DNA of 64,000 nucleotides from Azolla caroliniana. Taxonomy: Eukaryota > Plantae > Polypodiophyta. Made by a program: the position numbers and the translations under genes. Shown here in pieces: positions 1 through 32,969 of the stretch (positions are counted from its first letter, which is position 1; the number at the start of each line of letters is the position of its first letter). The notes beneath the pieces were generated by a model. It saw only the letters and a list, made by a program, of their open reading frames with translations, was not told the origin of the DNA and did not search any database. Where the stretch lies: NCBI GenBank assembly GCA_043228905.1, contig JBHGNT010000013.1:19778001-19842000 (forward strand), in the 5' to 3' direction.

Positions 1-766
1 CTATCAAAGTCAAGTGAGTTGATAGATGGGCTTTCAGGTATAATTGTGTGACATGTGTAATGCTAACAAATCACATTGCCAAATGAAAGGTACACAATAT
101 CATAAGAGTTCTTAATGTAAGATACATAGCTAGAACAAACCACACCATGTTTATTCCAATATATGAAAAACATAGATCGCAAAAAGAACTTGTATACATT
201 TTTTTTGTAATAAAAAGACACCGTGATGGCAACAATATACATGAAATCGCCATTCTAGGTGCTTCCTTACAATAGGCCTATTTTTTGGCCCTTGCTCGCT
301 AAAACACTAAATGTATTATACATCCACCTATACAAAGGGGAAAAACTCTCTCCCATGTGTCACATCTAATAGAGGACTTCCCCCAGATTTGTTGTATAGT
401 TAGTTGTTAGTGGACAAAAATTAGAGCCAATAAGCAAAGCCTAATTAATGGGAGACTTGGTCCCTTTGGAGCGGGAGGGGCAGAGTTGATATAACTTCAT
501 GATGAAACTATCCAATATGATTTCTGCTCCCCCGATGTGTTGCACAATCTATGGAAATTTGTTCACATTTACAGATGCAGTATCAAGAAACCATGCTTTT
601 CTTTAGTCTTTTCAACAGCAGCTTTTATCTTCACCAAGGACCTGAAGTGAGTGAGAGAATTCCGCCACATAATTGATTGGGTAATAAGTGTATCAGATGA
701 TACTTGAACGAACTAGTATTTTTAGCTCTGAAAGATGTGTTCTCATCAAATCATAATTACGACTCT

Positions 767-19796
<19,030 letters not shown>

Positions 19797-20789
19797 CGTT
19801 GCTTATGTTGGTAATCCAATAAAAAATTAACATCTGTAAAATTTGATGAAGTAAATACACCATTAAGGAATCCAACAAATAAAAACTGTCTTGTTTTATC
19901 TGATAAAACAATGGATTTTATAGGCTGATTCCTGTCTTTTTCTCGATTTACTTGTACTGGGATTGTTTCGTAGTTTAGTGGATCAGATTTCCTTCTCGTA
20001 CACAAGATCACAGGAATATCCTGGATAAGTTTTTAAAATTCACGGGAAGTTTAGCTGAGAATTTTACATACCTCCGTCACATTGTGTTCCCTCTTTACCA
20101 TAATAATTATATATCATGCCTGACATAGCCATCGTTTTTATGAAAAAAATTTGAAAGGAAAACCATGGTGTTTTTACTTGCCTACAAGCTGCATCAGGGC
20201 CAGCTATGCCTAATATTTATGGTTTGAAACATCCATCTCATTCATGTAAGAGCATTAATGACCTGGCTAAGCATAGAAAACACATGGTTCTGTGTAATCA
20301 CATATGCACCAGATACTATAGTTATGACACATGATCCCTATAAGCTACAAAGATGGCCAATTACGAGAAACATGGTATCTATACTCACACACGTATATGC
20401 CCCCTACCTCTGCGAAAAATTTGTTTTCATGGGCTAAGCATAGAGAAATATGGTATAGGTGCATGTCATTACATCCATACCACATCAAAGCCAACCATAA
20501 CTATTATCTATTATCCATGGGCATATGAATTGTTGTAGGTAGCAGCTAATGTTTGCACGACCATAAGAATCTTCAGAAATGAGAGAGAAGTAAGAAGAGA
20601 TGTGGCTTACCTCAATATAATTAAACGACAATGGGCATATTGGGAGTGCAAAAAAGTCCAGAAACAGAGCCAACTCTCTGCAAGCAAGTAAAGATTTTTG
20701 ATCTGATTTCTTTTGGATATGTATGTGCGTATGTAGAATTTGTTGTGAAATGGCCCTGTTCTGTTTCTGATTATGTTGCAGATCTAAGT

Positions 20790-21011
20790 GGGAGAGAAGG
20801 GGGAGGGGAGAGAGGGAGAATGCAAATGAATCAAGGTCAATCTTTTCTTTCTATGGAGAGAGAGAGACTGCGTGTGTGGACTTGTTCTCTACCTCTCTGT
20901 GGGGGAGAAGGAGGAGGGGGTGTGGCTCTATGGGCGTGGTGGGTATGTCGCTCTGGTGGTGGTGAAGTAGTGAGGGATAGGAAGGAAGAGAAAAAAAAAG
21001 GAAGAAATATT

Positions 21012-21043
<32 letters not shown>

Positions 21044-21300
21044 CCATGCCAAGGGAGAAAGTTTCTCTCGCCTACACAGGGGAGAGAGAGAGAGAGTCTA
21101 GAGAGAGAGAGAGAGAGCGAGAGTCTAGAGAGAGAATGCTATGTATGTATGTATTATGTATATGTATTGGTGTGGTTCACATACATACATACATATTGCG
21201 TGTGTGGAATGGGTCCCCCCCCCCCCCCCCCCTCTGTCTCTCTTTCTCTCGCTCTCCATTTTTACTCTGCTTTACTTTAGGGCTATAAAACCCTCCTCTC
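20790..21300. promoter_or_regulatory. GA/CT-rich microsatellite region upstream of SPI (probable promoter/5'UTR, GAGA-type elements)
   Basis: (GA)n tracts at 21013-21134, poly-C at 21215-21232, and a minus-strand donor-like GAG|GTAAGC near 20610 consistent with a 5'UTR intron. Confidence 0.45.
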
Positions 21301-23299
21301 CTCCTGTGTTCCTCTTGTCTCTTGCTCTCTGCTCCATCAATGCATCCATTTCATGTCATGGCCTTTGCAGCCTACTGTGTTCGGGAAATGGATCCATTAC
21401 GTATCGGTGTTTATCTCTTCAAATCTGCTACGACTGTGTTCGGGAAAGTATTTGTCTCTTCCAAAACCTCACACATTTTCTTACTCTCGTGGAGCATATT
21501 CGCACGGGCTCTGCCAATACACCGCCAGATAGATGCATTCTATCTATGTCGACTTGTCGATGTTATTAGATCGAGTTGTGTTGGGTTCTCAGGCGTTTTG
21601 GACAGTTTCTTTGCCCTTAGGTTGAGTCCATGTCGTGCCTTGTTGTGTCACCTACATTAGGTTCAATAGTGGCCCTTCCATTTGTATTCCAATGAAGCTT
21701 CTTCTTTGCATGGCCTTTGTGGGTTCATGTGGACTTTGTTCGTTGAATTATAATCTACCATAGGGTTCTTTCGAGACCACGTTTGACAGTGCGTCTTGGT
21801 AGCATAGTTCGTGAAAGGGTCTAAGGATGAGTTCAAGGGTGGGTCTTGTTGCTACTCTCATATTCTTAAGTCTACATTCTGTTGCACTTGTGGACACTAA
21901 GGTTGGGTTCAACCATAAGTGTAGACTATTTAAGTATTTTATCATAATTGTAGATCCTCCAAGTCACCAAAAGTGCACGCTTTATCTTCACTATGTTGAG
22001 ATACAATACAAAAAAAGTCAATTTCTCATGGTATCATAATAATTATGTAGGGTGGATAGCACTCTTTTGGTGCTAAATATGGAAATGTTTTCAAATAATG
22101 AAGTATGGTGTAGCCAAATGCTTCATCATTCAAATGAATCCATGTTATTTACATCTATTTACATTGAATCTCATCTTAGAGGGTAGGCCACCTTTTGCTT
22201 TCCTTCCAAGATTATTTAATAACACCATATATTTACGACCTCTAGCTTAACCATGAATATTGCTAAAATTTTTGGTTTGTTTCGTAAGTTGCATTGTTAA
22301 AGGATACTATAAACAAGTATCCAAAAGCGCAAGGAAATGAAATTGCCAAACATTGTGCTTGCTATAACATTCAATCAAAATTTGTTAGTGTAATGTCACA
22401 TGTGATTATATGTGTTTGTCATGATGATATGTAGCAATACATTTATGCCCACAATTAAGCTAAAGTTGGCTCATTCCCTTTTGGATGGTGACCATATTTT
22501 GGATGGCTATCATATGTACATACATTGGTGTCGGTTTCTAGGCTATACCTTTTTGTACTTTTACCCCATTGATGGTCTATAACACTAAACACAACGCATT
22601 GGTTCCCAACTTTCACACATCTTTATTACACCATATATATTTCCCATTGATTTGCTAAACTCCACTATGGAACGTAGGGGCTCATGCATGACATTCTCTC
22701 TACTAGACCACGTTGGTGAATAGAATTCAACAACATTTGAATGGATGGTATAAAGCCCTCTAGCTTTTCATACATTCGAAGGGAATTTAGTCTTAAACCT
22801 TTAAATTGAGCTCGTGAGTTTGCAACCCCACTTTTCAATTGAACTTATTGCTTCTCACCATGGTACAAAACATGGAAAGACATCGTGATAGTTGATGGAA
22901 TTCAATTGGAAGACTTTGATTTGGGTGGATACTTGAGAATTATATTATTCCCTCTACTTTTTTTTTCCTTTTTATAAATGAAGATTCACCTTTGTATTAA
23001 TGGAAAGATGCCCAAAGGCTACAACGAATTCATAGAATAGATTATAGCCCTCCTACCCATATCAACCAACATGTCAAGTATCAAAAGCCCTCATGTAGGG
23101 TCGTTCCAAGACGGGGGGAGGAAAAGGCCATCTTGGTGGAGCATATCTCCACTTTATTCTCTCTCCAAAAGAGGTGAAGACCTCTACCTTTCTCCAAATT
23201 TCTCGAAATTGTTGTTGTTTACGAATCACAACCTTAGGCTCACCAGTTATTGCCTCATATTAACCTATTAGAGTATGTAAGAGCATTAACCATATCTCC

Positions 23300-24900
23300 T
23301 TGACTAACTCAACCGCATTCTGTTTAACTTTCTGAAATACACATTTTCATCTAGCCTTCCACAATACCCAAACTACGAAAGAAGATATCGTAGAGCAGAC
23401 CTTGTCCTCTTCCAAACAAGAAATTGTTGTAGTATAAGAGACCTCCAATACATGTCTTCCATCGGAGAGGAAAAGATAATCAACATACTCCGTTTCATAG
23501 TTTTGTATTTCTTTAGCCAATCTTCCTCATCTCACAAAAACCCATGTGTACACCTGTTTACCATAAATAGGATACAACATTCTCAACATTATTTTCCAAA
23601 CCGCTCCAAGAATAGGACATATCCATAAAACTTGGTAAATCGATTCAATGGGAGAACCACAACTATCACCTTTTAAATCATGGCAATGCCCCCACATCCA
23701 TGACTTCACAAGAATGCCATAATGTATCAACAACCATCTAAATAACACAACTTTTTTAGGAATTTGCATGGCCCATAGCCATTTCCAATAAGCATTCAAC
23801 CAAGAGTCTGTTACATTACTAGATCTCCAATTTTTACAATTTGTTGGCGTAACAACCACACCCTTCCTTAGCAATTCTCTACCCATTTTTACCAAATATT
23901 GAAAAAAATGGGATTTGCTTACCTAACATTCCTTGCACTGATATGGTTTGTCATTTCCACTCACCGGGATCCTAGAAAAGGCGATCAATGGGTTTATTCT
24001 CATAGACCCACAATTTAGAGAGATTGTTTATATCGTTTGGATGAGGATTCGTTGAGAATCGATCCGGCCATAACCAGTTTTGCGTATATGTATGCGGGTG
24101 TAAAGATCGAGAAGACAAGAGACAAACAAAAAACAGACAACTCAATTATTGAGACACGAGATTTTAACGTGGAAAACCTGAAAAGGAAAAACCATGGGGG
24201 TCCACAAACTCCGAACATGATGACTAAGGTAGGAGGAGGACAACGAGAAGCTTCAAGGCAATGACCTTGGGCTCTCCTTCGTCTGACAGACAGCAACAGA
24301 GTTACAACTCTCACTCTCACTCAATTACAGTGGGAACTACTCACCATAACTAGTTACAACAATAGTGTTCATCCTCCCCAAATAACTACTTGCCCTAACT
24401 ATATTTATACTCATATACACTATATGAGCTATTTACAAATACAACCCACAAAAGGGCACATTAACTCTATTTACAGATATAGCCCTGACTCAACTTTGAT
24501 TGATTCGGCTATTAGCCGAATCAATTCGGATTCGATTTTCGGCTACAATTGAATCGAACAATCAATTTGATTTTTCGGCCTCGACCGAGTTGCTATCAAC
24601 CGATTCAATTCTTCGACTCGTGCTCCTCTTCCCGTCTGGAGGGACCTATTTCCTAACAGGATTCAACATCCATTTTTTATCTTTCTTCTATAATATATGA
24701 ATAGGCCACATATTCCCTTGAGTTACAATTCCGTCTTCCACAAAGAGATAATGAAGTTGTCCAGAAGATCCTTCCAATGATCGTCCACTAAAGTTATCCT
24801 CGCTTTTAAAGATATAACTGATCTTCCAAAGGAGGGAGAACAGGTCACCTTGTAGTGTAGTACTCTCTCCTATGCAACGCTTCATGATGTTTAATCCAAT
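23300..24900 (-). mobile_element. Degenerate L1-type LINE 3' fragment (zf-RVT region), split by a solo LTR
   Basis: ORF 23527-23895 reads WKWLWAMQIPKKVVLFRWLL...C...ESI..VLWICP....VWK, the typical plant L1 zinc-binding C-terminus. Boundaries are approximate. Confidence 0.65.
24025..24658 (-). mobile_element. Solo LTR of a copia family
   Basis: The reverse complement begins TGTTAGGAAATAGGTCCCTCCAGACGGGAAGAGG, similar to the 47814 LTR start TGTTGGGAGACAGGTCCCTCCGGATGGAAAAG, and shares the GGTTTTCCACGT U5 motif. Flanks are imperfect (AGAT/GGAT). Confidence 0.75.
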
Positions 24901-27900
24901 TCTTTAATATATATTAATTACATTTGGAACCTCGTAAATTTTAAGCATAACAAGTTGGTTTTTGTGAATCCGCTTTCATAAAATACATTTTACCTTCACT
25001 ATATCACTTTGTATTTCTCACACAACATTGAAGCCAAAACTACAACATTAATAGTGAGAATGATCTTAAGCAAAATTTATATGGAGTTTATATAACGAAT
25101 ATGACTTCGGCCTATAATTATGAAGGGTTTTTGTAATGAAGGCATCAATGAGCCCATTACTCAAGATGATCCCACAAATCTATTGATGCTAAGAAAAACC
25201 TTTAGGCTTTAACACAACACCATCATATTTATATTTTGAGCTCTAGAAGGCAACATTATGGATACATAATCAATAATTTGTGATGATGTTTAAAGTCTTT
25301 GACACGAGGAGAGCAACACTTTCACAATGTGCTTTAGCACATAAAATCTTGCTCATATAAGCTATTTCCATCATTTTTTTCCATTTCTCAAACAAGGATG
25401 AGTTGGGCTACTTTAATGATAGACAAATACATACTTGTCGAGGTCAATAAAATTATTTGCTTGTAGTTTCTCCTACTTGGACTTTCTGATGTAAGGTATG
25501 TGGACAAAGCATCCTCAAACAAGCTTTACCTTTGAATCAATATAAATTCTAGTTAGTGGATACTAAAAGTAAGGAAAATAGAACAATACTATGCAATGCA
25601 AGATTATGCAAAAATTGCACCCATCTACAAAATAAGATATGGTCCAAGAACTAGGTAGATAGGAGGATGTTTTACATGAACAATGAAGGATAACCTACCC
25701 ATCCTAAGGCAAAGGAATATTAAGGCAAAAATACTCCCCATCATGTATCATAATTCATTGCACATGTAGGTACATTCACATGCATATGATATCAAGAAGA
25801 TCATTCACTATTAATAACAAATACATTTATTATTTGAAAAATGATTTTATGTGTTCCATAAAGGATCAAGACATACATGTGCACAAGCACATGCTTTAAC
25901 ACATATAGATATGGATCATGATATTTGCACATGTGTGAAGGATTATCAATGACCCAATCAATACTAGTAGATGTAATTAACACGTATGTCTTGAGGTTAT
26001 CAAACAACTAAAGGGAACAACTTTGAGTATATTTGCTACAACCTACAACAAATATGCTCTTTTTTTGGCCAATTGTGTGGATTCAATACCTTTGGGTGGA
26101 ACTTTATGAGGGAAAATATCATCAATATTTTCTTGTCGTAGTATAATAATAATGGCGATTAGGGTTATAATGTCCTCTAATTAGTTGGTACTCTAGCCAC
26201 AACTCTAATAATTGGACTAATTAGAATAATTTAATCAAGAAACGTGGTTAAACCGGTGCAAAAGTAATTAATATCAATTCTTAATTAACATGCAAAGTTA
26301 TCTAATTACATCTCTTCCATTAAATTAAGAATTTTGCAAAATAATAGAATATGATTTTACGGGGTAATATTAATGTTTCCTCATTTCCGAGTGTATGAAA
26401 GGGAGATATATGAGCCTCGAATTTTCACACTTTTAATGACATACTAGCTAAAAAAGTTTGTTGGAATGAATGTGATTGATTCTTGACTTGAGCACCTGGG
26501 TGGGAAGGCTTTGAACGAGGGGCGCGTGTGGGATTCATTTAGTTATACAATTTTCAAACATAATGTATGGGTACAAGTTACAACAATGTTTATGAATGGG
26601 TTGTACATAGTCTCTAAAAGAAGTTATATTATCACAAACACTTGAAAATGTAGTCGAAACACGTAACCTCTAGGGTTTTTAGTTTTACTAGTTCATGTAC
26701 ATGTTTATTTTGCTTGGGTGATAGATTTATTGATTTTTCATTTACAGGAATAAGTCAAGCTTCTCATATACAATTAGTCGTGTCAAATGAAACCTAAAAC
26801 GTGTGCTAAAGTAACTATTTTGCTTAAATTTTGATTTATTTGTTTGATTGTTATACTAATTTAAATTATTTGCGGCGTACAAGGATAAGTCAAGCCTTTT
26901 CTTGATTTATATTACTTATTTCAACACGCCAAAGTTGCCCAAGTCTATTCCGTTTGATTGCATACTTCTCCTTTTAAATTCATATACACTCATGATCTTG
27001 GACATTATCAAAAGTTCAAATGTATGCCTTCGCTCTCACAAAAGAAAACATAAAGATCCACATGTGGAACGATTAGATTTTGTTTTATTATATTTTCTTC
27101 ATTAATCATGCAAAAGTTGTAAGGGCAACTTTTTTATCGCATAATTATTCTCTTGAATGCTCCAAAACTAGATCAAAAGTCTATATGCATGCCTTGTTAT
27201 CGCAATTTTTTCAAAAACAAGATCCAAATTTGGTGGAGCAAGCACATTTCGTTTCTAAATTGTTTAAAGGATCCATACTTTATTCTCATCACCCCTTTGG
27301 AACAATCACATATGAATAATCAACATTAACGTGAATAAATGAAAAGTCAACGTCGGGAAGCATTTGTGCATTCATATTGTTTTTCCTCAAGAAACTAATA
27401 AGGATATCACATACATGAAACAACAACATTCTATTTGCAAGTTAATGTAAACCGAATATCTTGGTATGAGTGATTGTAAGCATTGCACATGCAAATAGAA
27501 GGGATACACATCTATGTCTGTCGTGTGAGTACTTTTAATGTCTTGAATAACAAACCTATTTCCTACTAAACAAGACATATATTTCACCTTTCTCTATTTC
27601 AACAGAATAAGTGCACTACCATCATTCTACAAAATTAACACTTTATGTAATCAATTTATATGTTAAGATGTTCATTCTTATAATAAAAAAATCATGGCAT
27701 ATAATTTAGTAACTCATGGTATAAACACATATGACATTGCTATTGAGGTCACGATAAGACGGTGTATAAATAAGATAAGGACGAGGAGAGAGTAGTAGCA
27801 ATCTAATGAGAGGTTGTGAGAAGGTAATGCTATGATCAACAAGAAGAATATGCCACATTTTTATTAGGCGAAAGCGGTGACTATGATGGTTACTTGATGA

Positions 27901-28476
27901 ATCAATGTCTTATTGCAGTTGACCCCACATCAATGATATTATGGGAGGTAGTTGGACATGTATTATAATATTTTCGGTTGCTTAGAGAATGTCCCAGATA
28001 AGGTATAGAAAAATCTCAAACCCAAGTCGAAGAAATGTATCTTTATTGGTTAGTCACTTGAGCAAAAGGGATACAAAGGCTTTAGTTTGACTAACAAAAA
28101 GTTATTGTAAGCTGAGATGTTGCATTTGATGAAACGACAATGTTGCACACACTTACAAATGATCGGGGATGGTGACATGTTTACATCGTTGTCAGGCCAA
28201 GTCAGTCAACAAGTAGATATTAACACAACAAAACGACAACATAAAAGAAACTACTAGAAGTAGTATCAAGGATACGTTTCTATGACAACAAATAGTTAAA
28301 TATAGCAAAAGAATTTCTAGGGTTTGTGGTTGATACCTTCCCTTGTTGCATAAATTTGCTTCCATGCAACAACAACATAATCTTGCTTGTTTGTTTGGTC
28401 ACCCATACCACATGCTTACCCTTCAAAGGCAAACCCATCAATGGGTGAATGTCATGTGGAAAACGAGTTTAGTCGG

Positions 28477-29162
28477 TGTCATGACAGGGTGTGCAAAATA
28501 GAGAAAAGTACGTAAAACTAAGTTTATAATAGGTTAATGTTAAGGTCAAACAATATCTCAAAAGAGTTTAGAAGAAATAAATAGAGAGAAATAGCTCAAT
28601 TGGCAAGAGCTAAGCTTTGGAACAATAAGGGGTAGGATTTGAATCCCATTAGAAATTACATATGGGAGAAAGGTGATTTACAATGCACAAAATATATAGA
28701 TGAGGTATGCCTTAAAATGAAAAAGGGACAAACTATTTGCGTAAGTTGAGTATTGAGGTCAAATGGTAAAAAACATGAAGTTACTATTTTGGTGAGTGGG
28801 ATCTTGAAGCCTATAAAAGAGGAAAGAGAGCTCACTACCTAGGTTTTGGTGAGTGGGCTCTTTAAGCCTATAACGGGGGAAGGTGAGTTGAAAGTTCATT
28901 GCTAAAGGGGGACATTTGTCAACAAAATGAATATAGCGAGATAACAAACCATAAGGAGCCATAGGAGGTCTATGACAACAAAAAGCTATGTTGCCTTACA
29001 TTGTAGACACACTACCCCAAAATTCAAGGATCACCTCCTCACCCTCTTTCGTTTCTTGATCCATTTCTTTTACCTTATTCTCTTGATCCCCTTCTTTCTA
29101 AAATTCAAATCTAGCCACCCATGTAATGATGTTGAGGATTTAACCTTAGATGTATCATGATA
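28477..29162 (+). mobile_element. Candidate solo LTR (gypsy-like) carrying a tRNA-like module
   Basis: Termini TGTCATGA...TCATGATA (one C>T from a perfect inverted repeat), flanks TCGG/TTGG, internal CTATAAAAG and a duplicated GGTGAGTGGG..AAGCCTATAA block. Confidence 0.45.
28592..28647 (+). other. tRNA-derived A-box/B-box module (not a functional tRNA)
   Basis: TAGCTCAATTGGCAAGAGC with an intact D-stem GCTC/GAGC, then GGATTTGAATCCC at tRNA spacing. No acceptor stem. Confidence 0.6.
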
Positions 29163-29214
29163 TTGGCATATTGGGATTACTCTGAGTTATTCAAAGGTTT
29201 TATTAAATAATGTA

Positions 29215-29504
29215 TATACTTGGGAAGGATTAATTTTAGGTTTGACTGAGATTGGAATCAAATGAGGATCTTCAGGATTCAGAAATAGATCATCAAGCAT
29301 TATTCTACATGTAAATCCATGTAACTTTGCAGGAGATGAAACTCAATTGTTCATTATGAATATACTTGGAAAGGATTAATTTTAGGTTTGAGTGAGATTG
29401 CACACAAATGAGGATCTTCATGATTGAGAAATCGATAATCAAGCATTATTGTACATGTAAATCCGTGTAACTTTGCAGAAGATGACACTCAATTCTTCAT
29501 TATG
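29215..29504. repeat. Diverged tandem duplication, ~146-bp unit x2
   Basis: TATACTTGG.AAGGATTAATTTTAGGTTTGA...ACTCAATT.TTCATTATG at 29215 and 29361. Confidence 0.85.
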
Positions 29505-31127
29505 TGATCATCTAAGAAATTCATGAGGATTGTGATGAATTTTTTGGATCTTCAATCAAAGTTTTTGTGAGGAAGTTACAAGCAAAAGAGTTTGCAAACA
29601 AAGAGAGTAAATGTGGAATGAGTCTTGAAAAACCCAACCCAACCAACCGGGCGACATTCACACTTTTGAGGACAAGTAAAATTGTAGAGTATGCAAATTA
29701 TGTAGAGGAGTTGAACTAGACCACAGGAAGGCACAACATGCAAAGAACCCGCAATTCAACGAGACGTGAGGACTCAACACTCAAGGGCAAAGTACTCGAG
29801 TCATGTGTTGAAGAACACTAAGAATATAAAACATGTCACACGGAGAGAGATGCGTTGTAGGCGATTTCTCCAAGATACTAGAATTTAATCATCCTACTCC
29901 TATGCGGTGCAAACTCACGAGCTAACCGCCTTGCTTAGTGAACCAAATATGAAGAGGCATCTTCACAACAATCAACTCCTATGATGCTTTAATGATGAAT
30001 CATTTTCCAGGGTCCAAGTCCCTAGTTATCTAGGTTCAAGTCTCATTTCACATGCGCACACATAACTTCGTAACACCAAATTGGAGCATAAACCAATACT
30101 TTTGTGATATCTTCGATGTGTTTAGCCACACATTTTCATTCCACTAGAGTTCTGTCTCCTTGTCAAAATCATTATTCAAGGGGACCATTTGAGAACAACA
30201 TCAATTGCTGCCAACTTGCTTTACAAACCCAAATCCCCTGAACATTCACTCACCTCTCTAAATGTTGTTACCCTCACTTAGATACTCAATAATACCCTAA
30301 CATACTTTAATGTCAAATAAATATGGTAGTAAATGTGTTAATGATTTTGATAAAAAAATGCAGGACATTCAAATGACAAAGTGAATGCCATTGATAATAT
30401 AGAAATTGGAGATTATAGCATAAAGAAATTTAAGAATCAAGTGTTAGGAGAGATGGGGGTATGGTTTAGGCCATAATAATAGTTGGGGAAGGTTGTACAC
30501 GTAACACCAAATCGAGACAGACATACAGAAAAAAACCGCATAGGTGGGAAGAAAAAAGAACAAGTGAAAAACAATTAGTACGCGAGGTTAGAGAAACAAC
30601 GACCAATTAGGAAAGATGAGCCTAATCTTAGAACAAGAGTGTTCAATTAAACAAACCATGAATCGACAAACAATAATTACAAAATGATGAGCTTTATTTA
30701 GAGGTCAAATCATTCAGTTAAACAATGAAACCCCTTTATATACTAGGGTGAACAACGGTATATTAGGCTGCTATTACAACAATGGTGGAAATGCTAACCA
30801 CTAATCAAGTAATAGAAAAAGAAGGGTAGAGAGGAGAAGATGGATTGAGCTAGGCGGGCTATTGCAATAGTGGTGGAAATGTCAACTACTAATCAAGCAA
30901 CAAAGAAAGAAGGAAAGAGAGGGGAAGTCTAGGGATTAAGCTTCTGGTGAAGACGAGATGATTGAGCCACTGAGACTACAGTTTCCACCAATGGTTTCGA
31001 CGCCACAAGTTGGGGTAGTGTTCTCAGGCCACTCCGCTGTCTCTTTGTGCGACCAACGTACGAGCTCGATGATCCACTCCCTGAAGCTCCTCCAAGTGTA
31101 CCCATATACCTTCGCTTGAGTGCAAGC

Positions 31128-31704
31128 TATTGGGAAAACAAGTCCCTCTGGATGGGAAGAAGAGAACAAACCGAATCGAAGACACATGAGTAATTCGGCC
31201 GAGGCTGAAATTGAAATCGAGAACCAAAATCAAAAATCAATTTAATAGCCGATTTGGGGGAATATAATTGTAAATAGTCAGAATGTGTCATTGGTGGGCC
31301 ATATTTGTAAATAGCCCTGAATGTTGTATTAGTACATAAACATCTAGGGCAATCATTATCAAGTAGTTGTGGTTGATCATTGTTGTATAGTTAGAGAAGG
31401 GAGTTGCCTCTATAACTGTGTGTGAGTGAGAGAGCGTGACAATAATAACTTTGCAGCTGTTTGTCTGACGAAGGAGAGCTTAAGGTTGTTGCCTTAGAGC
31501 TTCTCGTTGTACTCCTCTCTTTATAGTAATTTGTTTGGAGTTCAAGGACTCCCGTGGTTTTTCCCTTTTGGGTTTTCCACGTAAAATATCCGTGTCTCGA
31601 AACTTTGTTGTTCTCTTTTGTCCGAGCATTACCTTGCTTGTTTTCTTTGCACCCTAACACGTATTCGTGAGCATAACCGGTTGTGGCCAGTCACAATCCT
31701 AACA
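31128..31704 (+). mobile_element. Solo LTR of a copia family with 5-bp TSD CAAGC
   Basis: CAAGC at 31123-31127 and 31705-31709. Starts TATTGGGAAAACAAGTCCCTCTGGATGG (TG>TA) and ends CCTAACA. Related to the LTRs at 24025 and 47814. Confidence 0.85.
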
Positions 31705-31994
31705 CAAGCTTCGTCCTTGCTTGATTCTTCTTCTCTTGAGATTCGAACACAATGCGTGCTCTGAAACACTCATCCACTCTTTAGACCTCCTTCATCCCGT
31801 GGCCTTGCTCTCAACCATCTCTTCATCACATGATAAGAGGGTGGCTTGATCCACACCTTCTTCTGTGGTACCGTTGTTGTACCATACTCGGGCCTTCGTA
31901 TCGGCCACATCATTTGTCCACATTTGTTGGGAGGTGAATTCCTCCTCATCCACTCTTTGTGTTGGTTCATGCTTTGTTATATCCTTCATTTTGA

Positions 31995-32343
31995 CTTCCT
32001 TACGAAGGCTTCCATATTTACTACCATTGTACTCTTCCCCCTTGAGATCTCTTCCTTGGATGGTAGTGGGTCGCCCCATCTCGTCCTCCTTTGAACTTTG
32101 TGGGCTCCATGGTTGTCGATAATATTCCTATCTCCCTTCTCTCATATCATGATCATTACTTAAGCTCTTATATGCCTTCCTTATGAAGGCTTCCATATCG
32201 ATTACCATTGGACTCTTCCCCGTTGAAATCTCTTCCTTGGATGGTAGTGGGTCGCCCCATCTCATCCTCCTTCAACATTTCTTTGTGGGCTCCACGGTTG
32301 TCAATAATATTCATATATCCCTTCTCTCATGTCATAATCATAC
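31995..32343. repeat. Diverged tandem duplication, ~181-bp unit x2
   Basis: CTTCCTTA.GAAGGCTTCCATAT...GGATGGTAGTGGGTCGCCCCATCTC...CCCTTCTCTCAT at 31995 and 32176. Confidence 0.85.
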
Positions 32344-32935
32344 TCTTCCCACTTTACCCCAACCTTCGATTAGCTTGGCATTTGCTCTGTTGTCTTACTC
32401 AAGTTGGATTTTGATGGTCATCCTTTCCTTTTCATCGATGGTCTTCACGAACATTAAGACCTTACTCAACCCCACACGTCTTTGATCCTCCCCAAGAATC
32501 AAGGACAAAACGATACTCGAATGCGAGGAACTCATGTGTGGAACTTTGGTGGGTCTTAAAGCATGCCACCCATAGGTCGAATTTGTATCGACTTCTTTCC
32601 CTCGTCTCTTCATAGTCGTACTTTTCTAATAGCGCTTCCTCGAAGGATTCCCATGAGTCGCGAGCTCCTTGATTGCTTCGTACATTGGCACAATGGCATG
32701 ATGTTGGGAGCCCATAGGAAGAAATAAGTTCAACTAGGTGTCGAATACGAGTGTATAATGGCCGTATTCACACTGTCCCCTTGGACAACCCAAGTTTGGG
32801 CTATTTCTGTAAATAGCACAAAGGGCAGTTGCCCTAGGACAGTCACTATATAAAGTGACTTTGTAACCTGTTAGTAGCTGTTGGTTGTAATTCTTGTAGT
32901 TGTTGCTATTGAGAAATAAAATCCTATTTCTTTGT

Positions 32936-32969
<34 letters not shown>

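Noticed and set aside
20631-21660. ORFs upstream of SPI (127-142 aa)
   Set aside because: They are translations of GA/CT microsatellites and poly-C with no protein-like features.
30060-32700. Possible decayed minus-strand retroelement around the 31128 solo LTR
   Set aside because: Short duplications and GTAACACCAAA motifs are present, but there is no recognisable protein motif or paired termini.
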